NCBI GenBank assembly: GCA_030265395.1
Contig: JARFYF010000104.1
Span: forward strand, 76,344,065-76,408,064
Direction: 5' to 3'
Origin: Rhina ancylostomus
Taxonomy: Eukaryota
DNA: 64,000 nt
The position numbers and the translations under genes are program-made. Positions 51,576 to 64,000 of the stretch are shown here, piece by piece; position 1 is the first letter of the stretch, and the number at the start of each line of letters is the position of its first letter. Below the pieces are notes generated by a model that did not search any database, had not been told where the DNA came from, and worked only from the letters and a program-made list of their open reading frames with translations.

Positions 51576-54357
51576 AGATCCACACATGGCAGAAAATCAG
51601 TACATATACTTTGATGATGGAGATGAATACCTGCTTTGGGTAGGTTGTATGCTGCCCTTTACACACATGTAGAGGTCAAGATGAAAGTTTCATTTAGTGG
51701 GTCTCAGTTCACCACAGAAAAGCTGTGGTGCTCCCCAAATACTTTAGCTAAGGAATGAAAACCATCATAATGTGTCAGGCAATTTGTGTCCTTTCCCCTG
51801 TCTCTTTAATAATAATAATATTTATTTAAATGTGTACAGGGCTGCATAAATTGAGACTTCTGATAAAATAGCAGAGAAAGGAATTTCAGATGAACACACT
51901 GGCATTCTACGGCAACATTTCAGGATGCAGTTAGGTCCAAGTTCTCCCCCACAGTTTCTTTAATATTTTTCTACTTAAGAATTGATTAAATCTACCTTAC
52001 CCAATTTGAAACAAAAACAATATTCTTTTGATGTTGGTATGCACTGATATATATACTTGATTTCCCTGAAAGTAAATCAATCTTGACTCCAAGAAATCAT
52101 ACAATCAGAAGGAAGCTGAGTGATGCCCAAGTATGCTGATGTCAATCAAAATATTTATTTTAATTCATTTCTGCTTTCTACTTATCTGCACATAGCATCA
52201 CAGTGACAGACAATTAACTGTTATGATATCATCTTCCTTAGCAACCACATGCACCTCAGTGTTGGGTAGCAATGCATCATCCAGCATCTAGATTTGTGCA
52301 CAATCAGAAAATTGGGTACAGCTGAAGGCTTCATGAAGACCTTAAATTAAAGGTAATGTGATCATATATTATTTCTCTCTCTAAAAATGTAAGTTGAAGT
52401 AAAAATAGACGTGTACTGTGAATTTGGAGTTGGTAAAGTGTTTTGACTGGAAGTGTTAAAATAGCTAAGCATCATAAGGTCCCAAACTTGTGTATTCATG
52501 TTAGGATCAGAAAGTAAAACAAACAGCTGGGGTTTTAATCAAAGAAATATCACATGAAGACTCAGATTTTAAATCCTACCAGCAAGCCCAAGGCAGTAGA
52601 AACTCATTCTACAATGTACAATGAGGATTTTTGCAGATTAATGTTGATTTATCATTAAAATCTTTGGAAGTTTTCCAGCTTTCAACATTTACTTTCCTGA
52701 TATATAAAAAATTAGGCAAGAAATGATTTGATGGAATGCTGTTGCATGGGCCATATATTAGATAATATTAAATAATCAGAAATGAGTGAGACATTTGTAG
52801 TTATCAAAACTAAGAATACTGCATATTATTTCACAATTTCATAGCAACTGATATTTTGATTGCCCAGTGAGTAACCAGATTTAACATTGTGAGATGCCTT
52901 ATGCTCTGCCTACATGCCATCAACAGAATGAAATAATGGAATAATTAAAGGATTCATAGTGAACTTAGGAAATGTGAGAGTGCTGAGCTAGTCACTATTG
53001 GAAAGGGATGTACTGTCAAATTTCTCAGTGGCTAATAAGATGTAACAAAATTTATTAATAGATATCCAAAAGCAAACAAAAATAAATAGTATTTTGGTGG
53101 GGGGGGGCCACATATCAACCAGCTATTATTCCCCAGATCTAAGCAGAATATTGTTAAAGTGATGGAATGTTGGAGAAAACCTTCCAGAAACCTGAGATTA
53201 AATTTACAGAGAAAATAATGCAGTGGTGTAGAATGAAGGTAACAACAATATTTAGCATGAAAATTCACAATGGTCAGAATAAATCTACCAGGTCAACTGC
53301 TTACCAACAAGTTTTTGTTTGAAAAGAGTGAGAATTAAATGCAAAAAAATAGTATTTGGTTGAAATGGATGCCATGGATATAAAGCCTTGACTGCTCAAG
53401 TAAGTCCTGATGAAGCATTTTGGGAGAACAAAGTACAAAGCATATGAACAAAAGTGAATAGTGAAAAGATTGTCAGAAAATTCTGGGTTAGCATGTCACT
53501 CGGTAAGAAAAATTATGTGAAAGTAAATGTGTAAAGCAATTCAGAAGCACCAGAGGTCTTGGCACAATGTGAAATGACTATTGCAATTTTGACGTTACAT
53601 TACCTTTTTCTAGGCCTTGAAACAACCAGATCTGGAATTAGAAAACACCAAAGATGGTAAATTTTCAAAAACATGGAAAGACATTCTCAGCAAGATTCAT
53701 TCCACTGGTAAGAGTATCTGTTTCCCCACTATGTACTGCAAAGTAAAAATCTGATGGGAATGAAGCCAAGATAGGATTTGGAGAGCTAAAATGGATATGT
53801 GAATACCAGGTGCTTCCTTTTCTATTCAGCCAGTCTGTCACCAAATGATTGTCTGCAAGAACCTAAATGGGATTCTCACAGAAAGGAAATAAATAGTTGG
53901 AGAACTTAGACAGAGGCATACCAGATAGTTAATATAAATCATGTCCATTCTGATCTAGTTCATGTAACAGTTAATTCTTCAACAGGCCATTCTTTCTTTT
54001 CTTTGATGTATCTGTCTTCAGTAACAGATGGAACAGAACATGAAGATTATCCAAAACTGATCTGTATTTTGCAAGGTCTTTTGCACCTTATGCAAGTGAT
54101 GCCATTTAAAGATTTGGTGGGCTAGGTCAAAAGTGAAAATATTTTCAATAAGTCATTGATGAAAACTAACATTGTCTCTCAAAACACTTAAGTCATCAAA
54201 TGATATGACTGAGGATGATGCAGAGGGGCGTTACCACTGAAAGTCATCATTAATCTGTTAATTGGGAATAATTCACATCATATAAAGAAAGGAAGGACTC
54301 TTAAAATGTTCTGTCTCCACACACAAAAATGTTTGATTTGAGATTGATTTCACTCAG

Positions 54358-54735
54358 TAACAAAAACAATTTGCTTTTATATAGATTTTTATATTGAACA
54401 GTAAATTGTTCCATGATACTGCACAGGAACATTATTGAGCAAGGTTTGACGCCAGACAGAAATTAGGATGGATGAACAAAAGATTTGTCAGATTGGTGGA
54501 GTTGGAAGAGTGCATGAAGGAATGTAAAGGTTTGGGAAGTAAGCCTGGAGCTTAGGGTCAAGAAGCTGAAGGCAGAGCTATCAATGGTGAAGCTATTAAA
54601 ATCGAGGATTCTCAAAAGATCATTCATGGTGCAGTGCAAACGTCCCTGTGTATTTGGTTCTGGAAGATATCCCAGAGAAATGGTGGAGTAAGGCCATGGA
54701 GGTATTTGAAAACAAGAATAAGAATTGTAAAGCCA
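54358..54735 (-). mobile_element. L2 LINE 3' end
   Basis: Reverse-complement match to the 51.2-51.6 kb copy (gagcttaggg..gctgaaggca..gccatggaggtatttgaaaacaag). Confidence 0.65.
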
Positions 54736-56924
54736 AGTCAGTAGCAGAGCAGGAGACAGCCGGCCTGGCTGTCTGGGCAGAGCCAGAGCAGGGACAATTC
54801 ATGCAGCAGTGAGAGTGGTTCACACATAGCCTGGGGGGGGGGGGGGGTGATGCGGGGGGGGTGTGGNNNNNNNNNNNNNNNNNAGTATTGTCACTGGTCC
54901 ATTCTGTATGGGTAGATTCAAAATTGAGGAAAAGTCAGGATGTTCTGAAGTTGGGAATTAATGTATTAAAATTGAGCTTCTGCAGTTAGTTATATTAACT
55001 GCTTTCTGAGGGAAATGGGGAGTTAATGCTAAAACGTGGGTGAAGTGTTCCTAATGCATGTGTAATGAAGGTTACAATTGATCTTTTGTAGAGACACTGG
55101 ACATTGAATTAACAAACTCTCAAGGAGCTGAGTTAAAAATTTACTGCTATTGCATGCGAGTTTCTAGCTTCATAAATACCTTTGTCAGCATTCTTTGTAG
55201 GTCAGGGAGAGCTCTGCTCTTTCCTCCCAACCCTAATTGCTGTTCTCTCTTCCTCTCTCCCCCCCACCCCCATTTTGTGTCCTTCCTCCTCTTGCTTGCT
55301 GATCTCTCTCTACTATCTTCTGACTGTCTCAAAATACCTTTTGTCACTGGAATTCTTCTAGAGACACCTGTCAGGCAGAAAACCAATCAAATAACTGATA
55401 ATAAGATCCCACTGCTGAGCTAACAGGACCTCTTGGTCTTTGGTCTTGCTGTCTGCAGTTTCCCCAAACCTTTCCCTTCTCTTGTAAGTAACCAGCTTTT
55501 CATAGACAGCAAATCACTTAACAAATTCCTGCATATTGAGGAGCCATTAAAATAGTAAGCTGTTTAAAATAGTGATCCAGACAATGAGATAAAGAAACTA
55601 ACAAAACTGAAAACAAAGTTGATTGAAGAACTGAGTTAACTTCATCTGTGTCAAGTAATACCAAAGCATTTCCCCTCCCCCCCATATTATATGTATACAA
55701 CAAGAAACTATTAAATAATACCATATATTTATTAATATGGTTATTTAAATTAAAAATATTTAATCAAGAAAGCTTTGTAAACCAGATAATTTTAAAATTT
55801 GACTGATCCAATTTTGCCATTTTCTGAATAATTAGCAAAAATTTAGCCTTCTTTCAAGGTAGTTAGTTATAAGATCCCTTGTGAACCTTGAAGCCCAACT
55901 TAAACCCTAAAATCAGAAAGACTTGATGACCATGATCAGGTTAGAGAGCACCATGATAGGAACCTTTTCCTTGTTTCTTTCTTACTTGTATCCATTGAAA
56001 CTAAACTGAATTTGAAATGCTAGCTTTGTTTTAAATACAATGCTAGAGCAAGATATGCAGGTCTCTGTAGCTGTAGTTAAATAACCAGTTATTACTTCTC
56101 ATACAAGTGTATAACCTGTTAGTGTATTTTCAAGTGAGATAAAAACAAATCACCCTCAGCAGACTTAAAGTTTTATATATTGTAAGAACAAGATATTAGG
56201 TTAATTATTGCTGCTGTGAAACTTTGATAAACACTGCTAGTAATATGATCCAGTTTAAAACTCTGCACATTCATTGCTTCCAATGGTAATGATTTGTTTT
56301 TACTGTTTTTGCCAATCTTTTTACAGCTGACAGCTTTTCTCCTCATTCTTTCCTTCTTGGACACTCCACTCACATCCTAAATTGACACTAACCCATTGAT
56401 GAATAGACATTAATCTGAAGAGCAACAATTTTTCAATGAACCAATAACCATTGTGTCATTTGCTTCTTGTAATAATCATTAACTCAGATAAAGTTTCATT
56501 CATCAGGACAGACATTTTGGGTAGATGTTGGAGCTTCTTACAACTGATAAACAGCCATTAAGTAGCACAAGAGGAGCAATTTTCAGGGGAGCAATGTCCT
56601 AAGCCTAAAGTACAGTTAAATAGTGATACTGAGTCATCATAATTCAGGTGTCTTCATTGGTCATGAAAACTAGCATTAGGTCCCTAATGCACGTTATTAT
56701 GCAATCTAAAGTTAGTTGAGATCTCTCTCTGTGAAAGAGGTAACCATCCATATAACATTAATGGGCTTAATTCCTAATTTCAGGCCTTGTTTAAGCATAA
56801 TAAGTTGGGGTACACATCCCATGTGCAGTCATATTTCTGGGCTGGAAAATGTGGCTAATGGAACTTATAACTTTATAGCCAAAGAATATAATTAAAGCAG
56901 TGAGAGAAAGAAAATTAAAGTGAA

Positions 56925-57190
56925 TGGAGCCCTTCAGGCCTCTGAAATACACTAATCTTTTTCTCAACTCCATTTACCTGCATTTGTTCCATATATTTTG
57001 ATAATCTTGTCTAACATCTCAGTCTGAAAGTTTCACTTGACCTGGCATCATTGGCCTTTTAAGGAAATGAGGTCCAGATTCCCATTATTTTTGTGACTAA
57101 GTGCTTCCTGGTTTTACTCCAAAGTAGCTTGGACTACATTTGACGAACTGTCTTGTTTCCAATTCCCCTGCCAGAAGAAATAGCTTTTCT
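56925..57190 (-). mobile_element. Old CR1 3' end
   Basis: ctcaactccatttacctgc..ccagattcccatta..gccagaagaaatag. Confidence 0.55.
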
Positions 57191-57194
57191 GTAT

Positions 57195-57677
57195 CAGTGC
57201 AGAGGTGAAGTGAGAGTAACTTGCTTTTACTGGCTGGAATCATACCTACCACAGGGGAAGATGGTTATTTTGTTTAAAGGTCAGTCATCTCAGTCACAGG
57301 ATACTTCTGCAGGAGTTCCTCAGGATAGTGTCATAGGCCCAACCATCTTCAGCTGCTTCATCAATGACTCTCCTTCAATCATAAGGTCAGAAGTAGGGAT
57401 GTTAGCTGATAGTTGTACAATGCTCAGCACCATTTGCATCTCCTCAGATAATGAAACAGTCCACATCAAATTGTAGCAAGACCTGGACAATATCAAGGCA
57501 TGGATTGAAAAGTGGCAAGCAGCATTTGCTCAACATATATGCCAGGCAATGACAATAACTCGCCTCTTATCTCCTCAAAGCCTGTCCACCATTTACAAGG
57601 CTCAAGTTAGGAGCGTGATGGAAAAGTCTCCACTTGCCTGGATGAGTGCAACTTCAACAACACTCAAGAAGCTCAAC
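57195..57677 (+). mobile_element. CR1-superfamily family B reverse-transcriptase fragment
   Basis: WLESYL..SAGVPQDSVIGPTIFSCFINDSPSIIRSEVGMLADSC (degenerate GVPQGS / FADD motifs); TIYKAQVRSVME. Confidence 0.85.
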
Positions 57678-57903
57678 NNNNNNNNNNNNNNNNNNNNNNN
57701 NNNNNNNNNNNNNNNNNNNNNNNNNNNNNNNNNNNNNNNNNNNNNNNNNNNNNNNNNNNNNNNNNNNNNNNNNNNNNAGGTACTTATGCTAGGCCCCTGA
57801 TGGGGCTCAGGTGTGTGTCATTATGCAAACAGTCCAGCATGGAATCCATATGCTAAACAACAAGGCATTAAAGGAGCCAAAGTGAGGGCCAGAACTCAGA
57901 ACC

Positions 57904-58160
57904 AGGACACATGTATGCACAGGTGCAATGAAAAGCTTACTTGCAGCAGCATCACAGGCACATAGCATCATATGAGCAGCATTCACAAGAAAGACATAAA
58001 TTAAGCATAAATTATACACAATTTTTACAAGAAAAAAAACACAATTAGAACAAAAAAAGTCAATTTTAGTGCCAAGTGATCAGAATGGTCATAGTGTTTC
58101 TAAACTGTAGTGATGATTAGGTTTTACTGGCTGGTTTAAGAACTGAGTGGTTGAAGCGAA
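57904..58160 (-). mobile_element. Rex1-type LINE 3' tail; short second copy at ~62550-62645
   Basis: catgta(t/c)gcacagg(t/g)gcaatgaaaa..cttacttgcagca at both loci. Confidence 0.6.
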
Positions 58161-58421
58161 GAATGCCAACTCTTCAGATTGTAACCATTTTAAACTTGAT
58201 TTTGCCTTGGTAAATCTTATAAGGAAAATTTATCTTTCTTAAATTACAAGTCCTGTACTAAATGCAGTATTTCAATTGGAGGTAATCAGTTGAGGGGAGG
58301 AGATTGACAGGAAGATGAATTGGAATCAATAACTGTTCCTGGGATAGCTCTGGAATCTGGAGTAGCACGTTATTTTTCCAGTCTAACTGCCCATCCAATC
58401 TTCTTTAAAAAAAATTATAAC

Positions 58422-58489
58422 TTTTATTGGTGGCAGCTTCCAGCAGCTAAAGAATGCCCTTGATCTGCTAGAAGCTGCCACCAATAAAA
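58422..58489. repeat. Inverted repeat: 25-bp arms, 18-nt loop
   Basis: ttttattggtggcagcttccagcag (58422-58446) and ctgctagaagctgccaccaataaaa (58465-58489), one mismatch. Confidence 0.95.
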
Positions 58490-58679
58490 ATTCCCATATG
58501 GACCTGGATCCCCGAGACAAATTAGCCCAGCATCATCTGCATTTTGGCAAGGACTATTGAAACAGATTCTAGTTCCTTTATTTGCCCACATGTTATGTGA
58601 CCTGATGCACGTATGACCTCTGGAACCTATTCTTCAGCTTTTACAAATGTGGTTTCTGGAATATTTCCACTTCATGAAA

Positions 58680-59430
58680 AGACAAGAAACAAAAGCAGGA
58701 ATAGGTCACAAGTCTCTTAAATCCTTCTCCTCTCTTCAATAAGGTAATGGTTGATCCTCTAAATATTTTCTACCTGACTCCTGTATCTTTTGTTTCCCTT
58801 TGAATCCAAACATCCAGTGATCTCGGCATCCATAACATTCTGGAGTTGAGAATTCCAAAGACTCACAACATTCTGAATGAAGTCATTTTATCTTCATCTA
58901 TCCTAATCTCTGACATTTTATATTGAGCCTATGCTTGCCAGACATTCAAGAGGTAGTGGAGGAACAAACCTTTCAACTTCTGTCCTGTTGAATCCTCTCA
59001 AAATGTTCCAACTCAATCTCTCTTCTTAGGGAAGTTCTTCATCTCAGGAATTCACACTGCACTGTTTCCAAAGCAAGGTCAACCTAAATTAGGAATGGAG
59101 GTAATACTACATATAGTACTTCAGGTTTATTCCACCAAAGCCCTTTACAAATGCAGTGATAATTCCTAACTCTTATATTCCAAACCCCTCCAATAAAGTC
59201 CAATGCACCACTTTGTTTTCTATCTGCTTCTTATATCTACATGTTAACTTGCTGGACAAGGCTTCCCAGATCTGTCTAAATGTCGATATTTACTGGGCTG
59301 TCAACACTTAGAAAGGATTTTCAGTTTTCCTGTACTTCTTACCAAAATAAATATCCTCACATCTCCCTAAACAACAAAGCTTCTACTATCTTCTTGGCCA
59401 TTAAAGTGTATATAAACTTCTGCAACCTCT
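58680..59430 (-). mobile_element. Old CR1 remnant
   Basis: aagcaggaataggtcac..gagaattccaaagactcacaac..ccaccaaagccc. Confidence 0.6.
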
Positions 59431-60464
59431 TTGGGTTAGAAATTTGTCCAAACTCACCAGAACTAATTGCACAATATTGGAAGTGGCTGTGTGTTGTAGA
59501 CAATTTATGAATTTCATGTCCATTGCAGCCAAAGAAACCTCACCTTGAAACAGATTACAATGTGCAGCTGCCTTTATATCAATTTGCTACAGATTTTGTT
59601 GCATGCTATCAGAAGATCAGGCACCTACATAAACTTGAAAATGGACATGCTATCAGTGAATTTCTAGGCCAAATCTGTCGATGAACTCAATGAAATGAAT
59701 AGATCTGATATCTGAATGGGTCTCAGTTGTTAATTCCTACAGTGGTGTTCTTTAGGTTAAATATTTCTGTAAATACCAGTGATAAAACCATAATGCAAAG
59801 TAGATGTTCAGTCATATATGCATAATAAGTATTGCCATGGGCCACATTTGTTCATATTAAATTCTTTTGAATCTTTGTACATTTCCAGTTGAAATGCTGC
59901 ATTTACACTGACAGCTCGGGTTTAGGATACTTCCCAGAGTTAACTGTTTTAAAATCCGCACTGTTGAGAAGCTCTATACATATAATTTCTGGCATATCAA
60001 TAAGCCTGTTGTCAGTGTATTTGATGCAAATGTATTCAACAAATGAGTTGTAGTGCACCTGACCCTTCTAAATTAACAGAGTGATCCTGAAGCTGGTACT
60101 ACAGTACTCACCTGCATGCTTAGAGAAAGAATAAGGTGAAAGTATCTCAGAAGCAAAGAATTCTCTGAAGGTTTCCCTCCTGTAGAATTGTAGTTAAAAC
60201 GGGCATATCTTTTGCATGATGATTGTTGCATTGATGGGCAGACGCAACAATTACATGTGCAGAATTGCAGTGCTAAATAGATGTGGAGGGCCAGTTGGAA
60301 GCAGTTGAGAAAGCAAATATATAGATCCAAATCAAAAAATGTATTGGGAGAGGTGGACATAAAAAGCCTACAAGGGTGCTTTCAAGGAAAGGAGGAGATT
60401 AGGTGGACTGGAAAGCAAATTCCAGAGATTATGAGAAGCATTAGAAAGATTTGTTCTCTGTTTT

Positions 60465-61436
60465 AGAGTCATATGGCACAGAAACAGGCTCTTTGGTCCA
60501 CCATGGCCATGGCAGCCTTTGAGTATCTGTCTACCCTAATACCACTTCCCAGAACTCAACCTGTGGCCTTTTATGCCTTGGTATAGAAATGCTCAACTAG
60601 GTATTTCTTATATATTGTGTAATCTGCCTCCATCATTTCTCAAACCATTGCATTCCAGATTTCAGCTATTTTCTGGGTTAAAAATTCTTCCTCAATTTCC
60701 CTCCAAATCTTCACCTCCTTACCTTCAACCTCTTCCCTTTGATCATAGATGCCTCTGCTAAGAGGAAATATTGCTCACTACCTACCCTTTTTATGCCTCT
60801 CATAATTTCATTCAGCTCAACCAGGTCACCATTTAGCCTTCTCTGCTCCAAAGGAAACAAATCCAGCCTATCCTATCCAATCTCATTTGAGGTTGAAATA
60901 CCTACCCCCAGGCAATATATTGCTAAATCTTGCTCCAGTGTATTTATATCCCTCTGGCCTTTAGGGATCTTTTGGACAGGTTCAACATGATTGTTCAGTT
61001 CTCAGTACTACCTAGAATCCTACCAATCATTCTGTATGTAGCCTTTTCAGTCTTCTCAAAACATATCATCTGACATTTTTACAAGATTGGATTTTGTGTA
61101 ATTTCTCTGCCAATTTACCAATTCTTCAGTTTTGTTCTCCTCACTATCAACACCACCACCAACTTTTGTGTCACCTACAAACTTAATATATGTATTTCCT
61201 ACATTCACATCCAGATTGTTCATATATACATATAATAAACAGCACTGATTTCTGTGACACACCATTCATCACAGGTGTGATCAATGCCTGTGATCAAAAC
61301 CTGCCCTTGCCTATCACCCTCCACGTCTTTATCACCATGGCAATTTCCGATCCAATTTGCCATATTGCCATGGGCTCTTACCTTTTGGGCCCATGTCAAA
61401 AACCTTGTTGAAGTCTGTGTGGACCACATCAACTAT
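60465..61436 (-). mobile_element. CR1 remnant (3' end plus RT fragment); L2-like fragment adjacent at ~60340-60430
   Basis: VDVVHTDFNKVFD; YMNNLDVNV..IKFVGDTKVGGGVDSEE. Confidence 0.8.
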
Positions 61437-62228
61437 TCTGGAGAAGAAGGAAAAGTTTCCTCTTTGAAAAGAACAAGGAGCCTGAATATTCCTGTTTTGT
61501 CCAGGTTTGTACTTCAACTTCTCTTGTGCTCTGGGTTTCTTGATGTAAAGGGAATGAAAGTATGTGGGAATAGTGCAGGAAAATGGAGCTAAGGTAGAAG
61601 ATCACTCAGCATCTTAATGAATGTAAAAGCAGATTTGAAGGACCAGATGGCTCACTGTGATCCTAATTTGAATATTCCAAAATTCTTACATTTTCAAACT
61701 GTTTTCTCCTGTCTCCTCCAAGAGGTCTACACCATTTCATTGAATCCACTTTAACGTCACCAACTGGCATTCTCAAAGAAACATACAGAGTTATAAAATG
61801 AATATATTTTGTAATGTAGAATGTATCTTATGTTTCACCACAACAGAGTAAGTATGTGAACGTTGTAATAAATCATCTAATCCATAATTTTGGAAAATGG
61901 AACAGGTTGCTAAAAATGTCAAAATAAACCTCTATTCTTTGTACTCTTCAGATTAAAAAGCCTACAGGGATGGAAACTGGGAAAATGTTAAATGCTTTTT
62001 AATGTTAAGAAGGAGCTGGTGCTACAGTGCTGCAATGCTTTCATGATAATAAGATTTTGGCAGAAGACAAGTATGTCTATTGGAAAGAGGACAACTTTCA
62101 ATCCATCCGGACATTGTCTGGCCCATAGTGAGAAAAGTGACACTGCTATGCAGTCTCAATGATCCCTCTAATTCTGCAAAGATACTGCATTTAAGATACA
62201 GATATCTCAAGCTTCACCAGCTACACAT

Positions 62229-62790
62229 TGGTGCAGCTCGTGAAGCTGCTGCCTCACACCTTCAGCAGCCTGGGTTNNNNNNNNNNNNNNNNNNNNNNNN
62301 NNNNNNNNNNNNNNNNNNNNNNNNNNNNNNNNNNNNNNNNNNNNNNNNNNNNNNNNNNNNNNNNNNNNNNNNNNNNCCTGGGTTCAATCAAATCTCCAAT
62401 GCTGTCTCTATGGAGTTTCCGTATTCATCCTGTGGCCACTTGGATTTCCTCCAGGTGCTCTGGTTTCCTCCCACGTTTGGAAGACATGTGGCTTGATTTG
62501 CACTTTGGCCACTATAAATTGTCCCAGTGTGTAACTGAGTGGAAAAGTCAAAATTGAGATTATTGTGATATGCACAAGTACATGTACGCACAGGGGCAAT
62601 GAAAAACTTACTTGCAGCACATCTCAAGCACATTGCATCATATGGATCACAAGAAATCCAGATGGAAATTGAGGGAATGTGGGGAGAATACAATGGGATG
62701 AATGCATGATTAGTGTAAATGGATCCTTGATTGTCGATGTGGACTTGGTGGGCTGAAAGTCCTGTTTTCATGCTGTATAACTCTATAAAC
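62229..62790 (+). mobile_element. HE1-like V-SINE with CR1-type tail, interrupted by a Rex1-type tail
   Basis: Head ggtgcagct..gctgctgcctcaca..cctgggttcaatc, V core tttcctccaggtgctctggtttcctcccac, tail gtgggctgaa..gctgtataactctat. Confidence 0.8.
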
Positions 62791-63314
62791 TTTATTTAAA
62801 CATTATTAATTGATCATCATTAAGGGCAAAAGATGAGAATTATTAATGGCCATACAAGGTGCATGGTACATTTCCCACACGGCAGACCAGCAATTGTTTC
62901 AGTTGCAATCCCACTATTGTAAATAGATGATGGATATTATTGGGTATAAACATTAGTCAACCGTTGGGGATGAATCAGGACTTGGCTGAAATGAAGGCCA
63001 CTAGTTATGGGCTTGATCAGGACCTGGGACAGGGAGAGAGATCCAGTAAGTTTGTGGCATAGGGGTGGGAGGAATTGAAGATCAATGTTTCCTTCAGGGG
63101 CTATTGGAAGGTTACTGGGTTGGTGGCCTGAGGGGATCACAGTATTAAGGAAGGGGAGAATGGTGAGTGGGAAGTTCAGGGCCTGGGTTGAACCAAGGAG
63201 AAACTGGTGGGTGGGTGGTAGGATGTTGATGCCTTGGTGGGACGGATGGAGCTTGAAGAATAACAGATAAGTATCGGACCTATCTTAGTAGGGCACTGGT
63301 CCAGTGCTCAACCA

Positions 63315-63470
63315 GGGACCTGAGGGGCAAGACTTTCGCACAGAAGATGACAGGTGTAAGGAAAGAGCTGCCAGAGGAAATGGTAGAGGCAGGTGCAATT
63401 ACAATGTTTAAAAGATATCTGGACTCTTCTATGGATAGGAAATATTTAGAAGGACATGGGCCAAATGCAA
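63315..63470 (+). mobile_element. CR1 3' end
   Basis: ELPEEMVEAGAITMFKRYLD..EGHGPNA. Confidence 0.8.
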
Positions 63471-63536
63471 CCAATTTGGTCCAATTTTTCCCACAATGTT
63501 CCAGAATTTTGAGGAACGATGTAATTTGATGCTTGA

Positions 63537-63660
63537 CACAACAGACTGCAGATGCTGAAATCAGGAGCACAAAACTAACTGCGAGAGGAACTCAGCAGGT
63601 CAAGTGGCATCTGTGGGGGCAAAGGGATGGTCGATGTTCAGGACCCTGCTTCAGGACTCA
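63537..63660 (-). mobile_element. Penelope-derived tail
   Basis: gactgcagatgctgaaatc..ggaactcagcaggtcaagtggcatctgtgg..gaccctgcttcaggactc. Confidence 0.75.
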
Positions 63661-64000
63661 ACTTGATGTTTGCTTGACATGCAAATCATAAGGGTGATTT
63701 ACGACAGGACTTAGTTGAATTTCCCAAGTGACACAAATTAACCTGAAAATAGTTGTTATTACAGTATATTTTACTCCATGTATATTTCCAGTTCTATTGG
63801 ACTGTTACATGATCTAATTTCCAGATCATTGTTCCACAAAGTATATTGAATGTAATTGGTTAAAAAGTGGGATAAAATNNNNNNNNNNNNNNNNNNNNNN
63901 NNNNNNNNNNNNNNNNNNNNNNNNNNNNNNNNNNNNNNNNNNNNNNNNNNNNNNNNNNNNNNNNNNNNNNNNNNNNNNGATAAAATAGGGTAAGAGATAA

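Noticed and set aside
54833-54866. Poly-G tract (and poly-C at ~44800-44820) as G-quadruplex elements
   Set aside because: Low-complexity runs next to gaps; sequence quality uncertain and no functional context.
1-64000. CRISPR arrays, operons, rRNA or tRNA genes, prokaryotic defence systems
   Set aside because: Vertebrate non-coding DNA with no repeat-spacer arrays; tRNA-like segments are degenerate SINE heads.

Overview
AT-rich, CpG-depleted vertebrate genomic DNA from a gapped draft assembly with many 100-N gaps. The repeat complement (CR1, Rex1/Babar, RTE and L2 LINEs, Penelope-like elements, Deu-domain and V-domain/HE1-like SINEs) points to a cartilaginous fish, probably a batoid; this is inference. 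The only host gene I can support is the promoter and first exon of a minus-strand ROR-family nuclear receptor, most likely RORB. Its coding part is only 7 nt (GCCACC-ATG-CGA-G|gtaag at 16032-16026), inside a CpG-retaining island at ~14.1-16.8 kb. Positions 1-16025 would be intron 1 (I did not find exon 2 in the window) and 16.3-64 kb is gene-free upstream DNA. All long ORFs in the track are N-gap artefacts, retroelement remnants or chance ORFs. The most interesting signals are: circadian-type cis-elements around exon 1 (paired E-boxes, D-box, RORE); a 5' leader with seven uATGs; Penelope-derived tails with minimal hammerhead-ribozyme cores; a nested retroelement cluster at 33-38 kb; and a 25-bp-stem hairpin at 58422-58489. 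I see no convincing new multi-gene system. Repeat boundaries are by-eye estimates, and family names rest on recalled consensus features rather than database searches.
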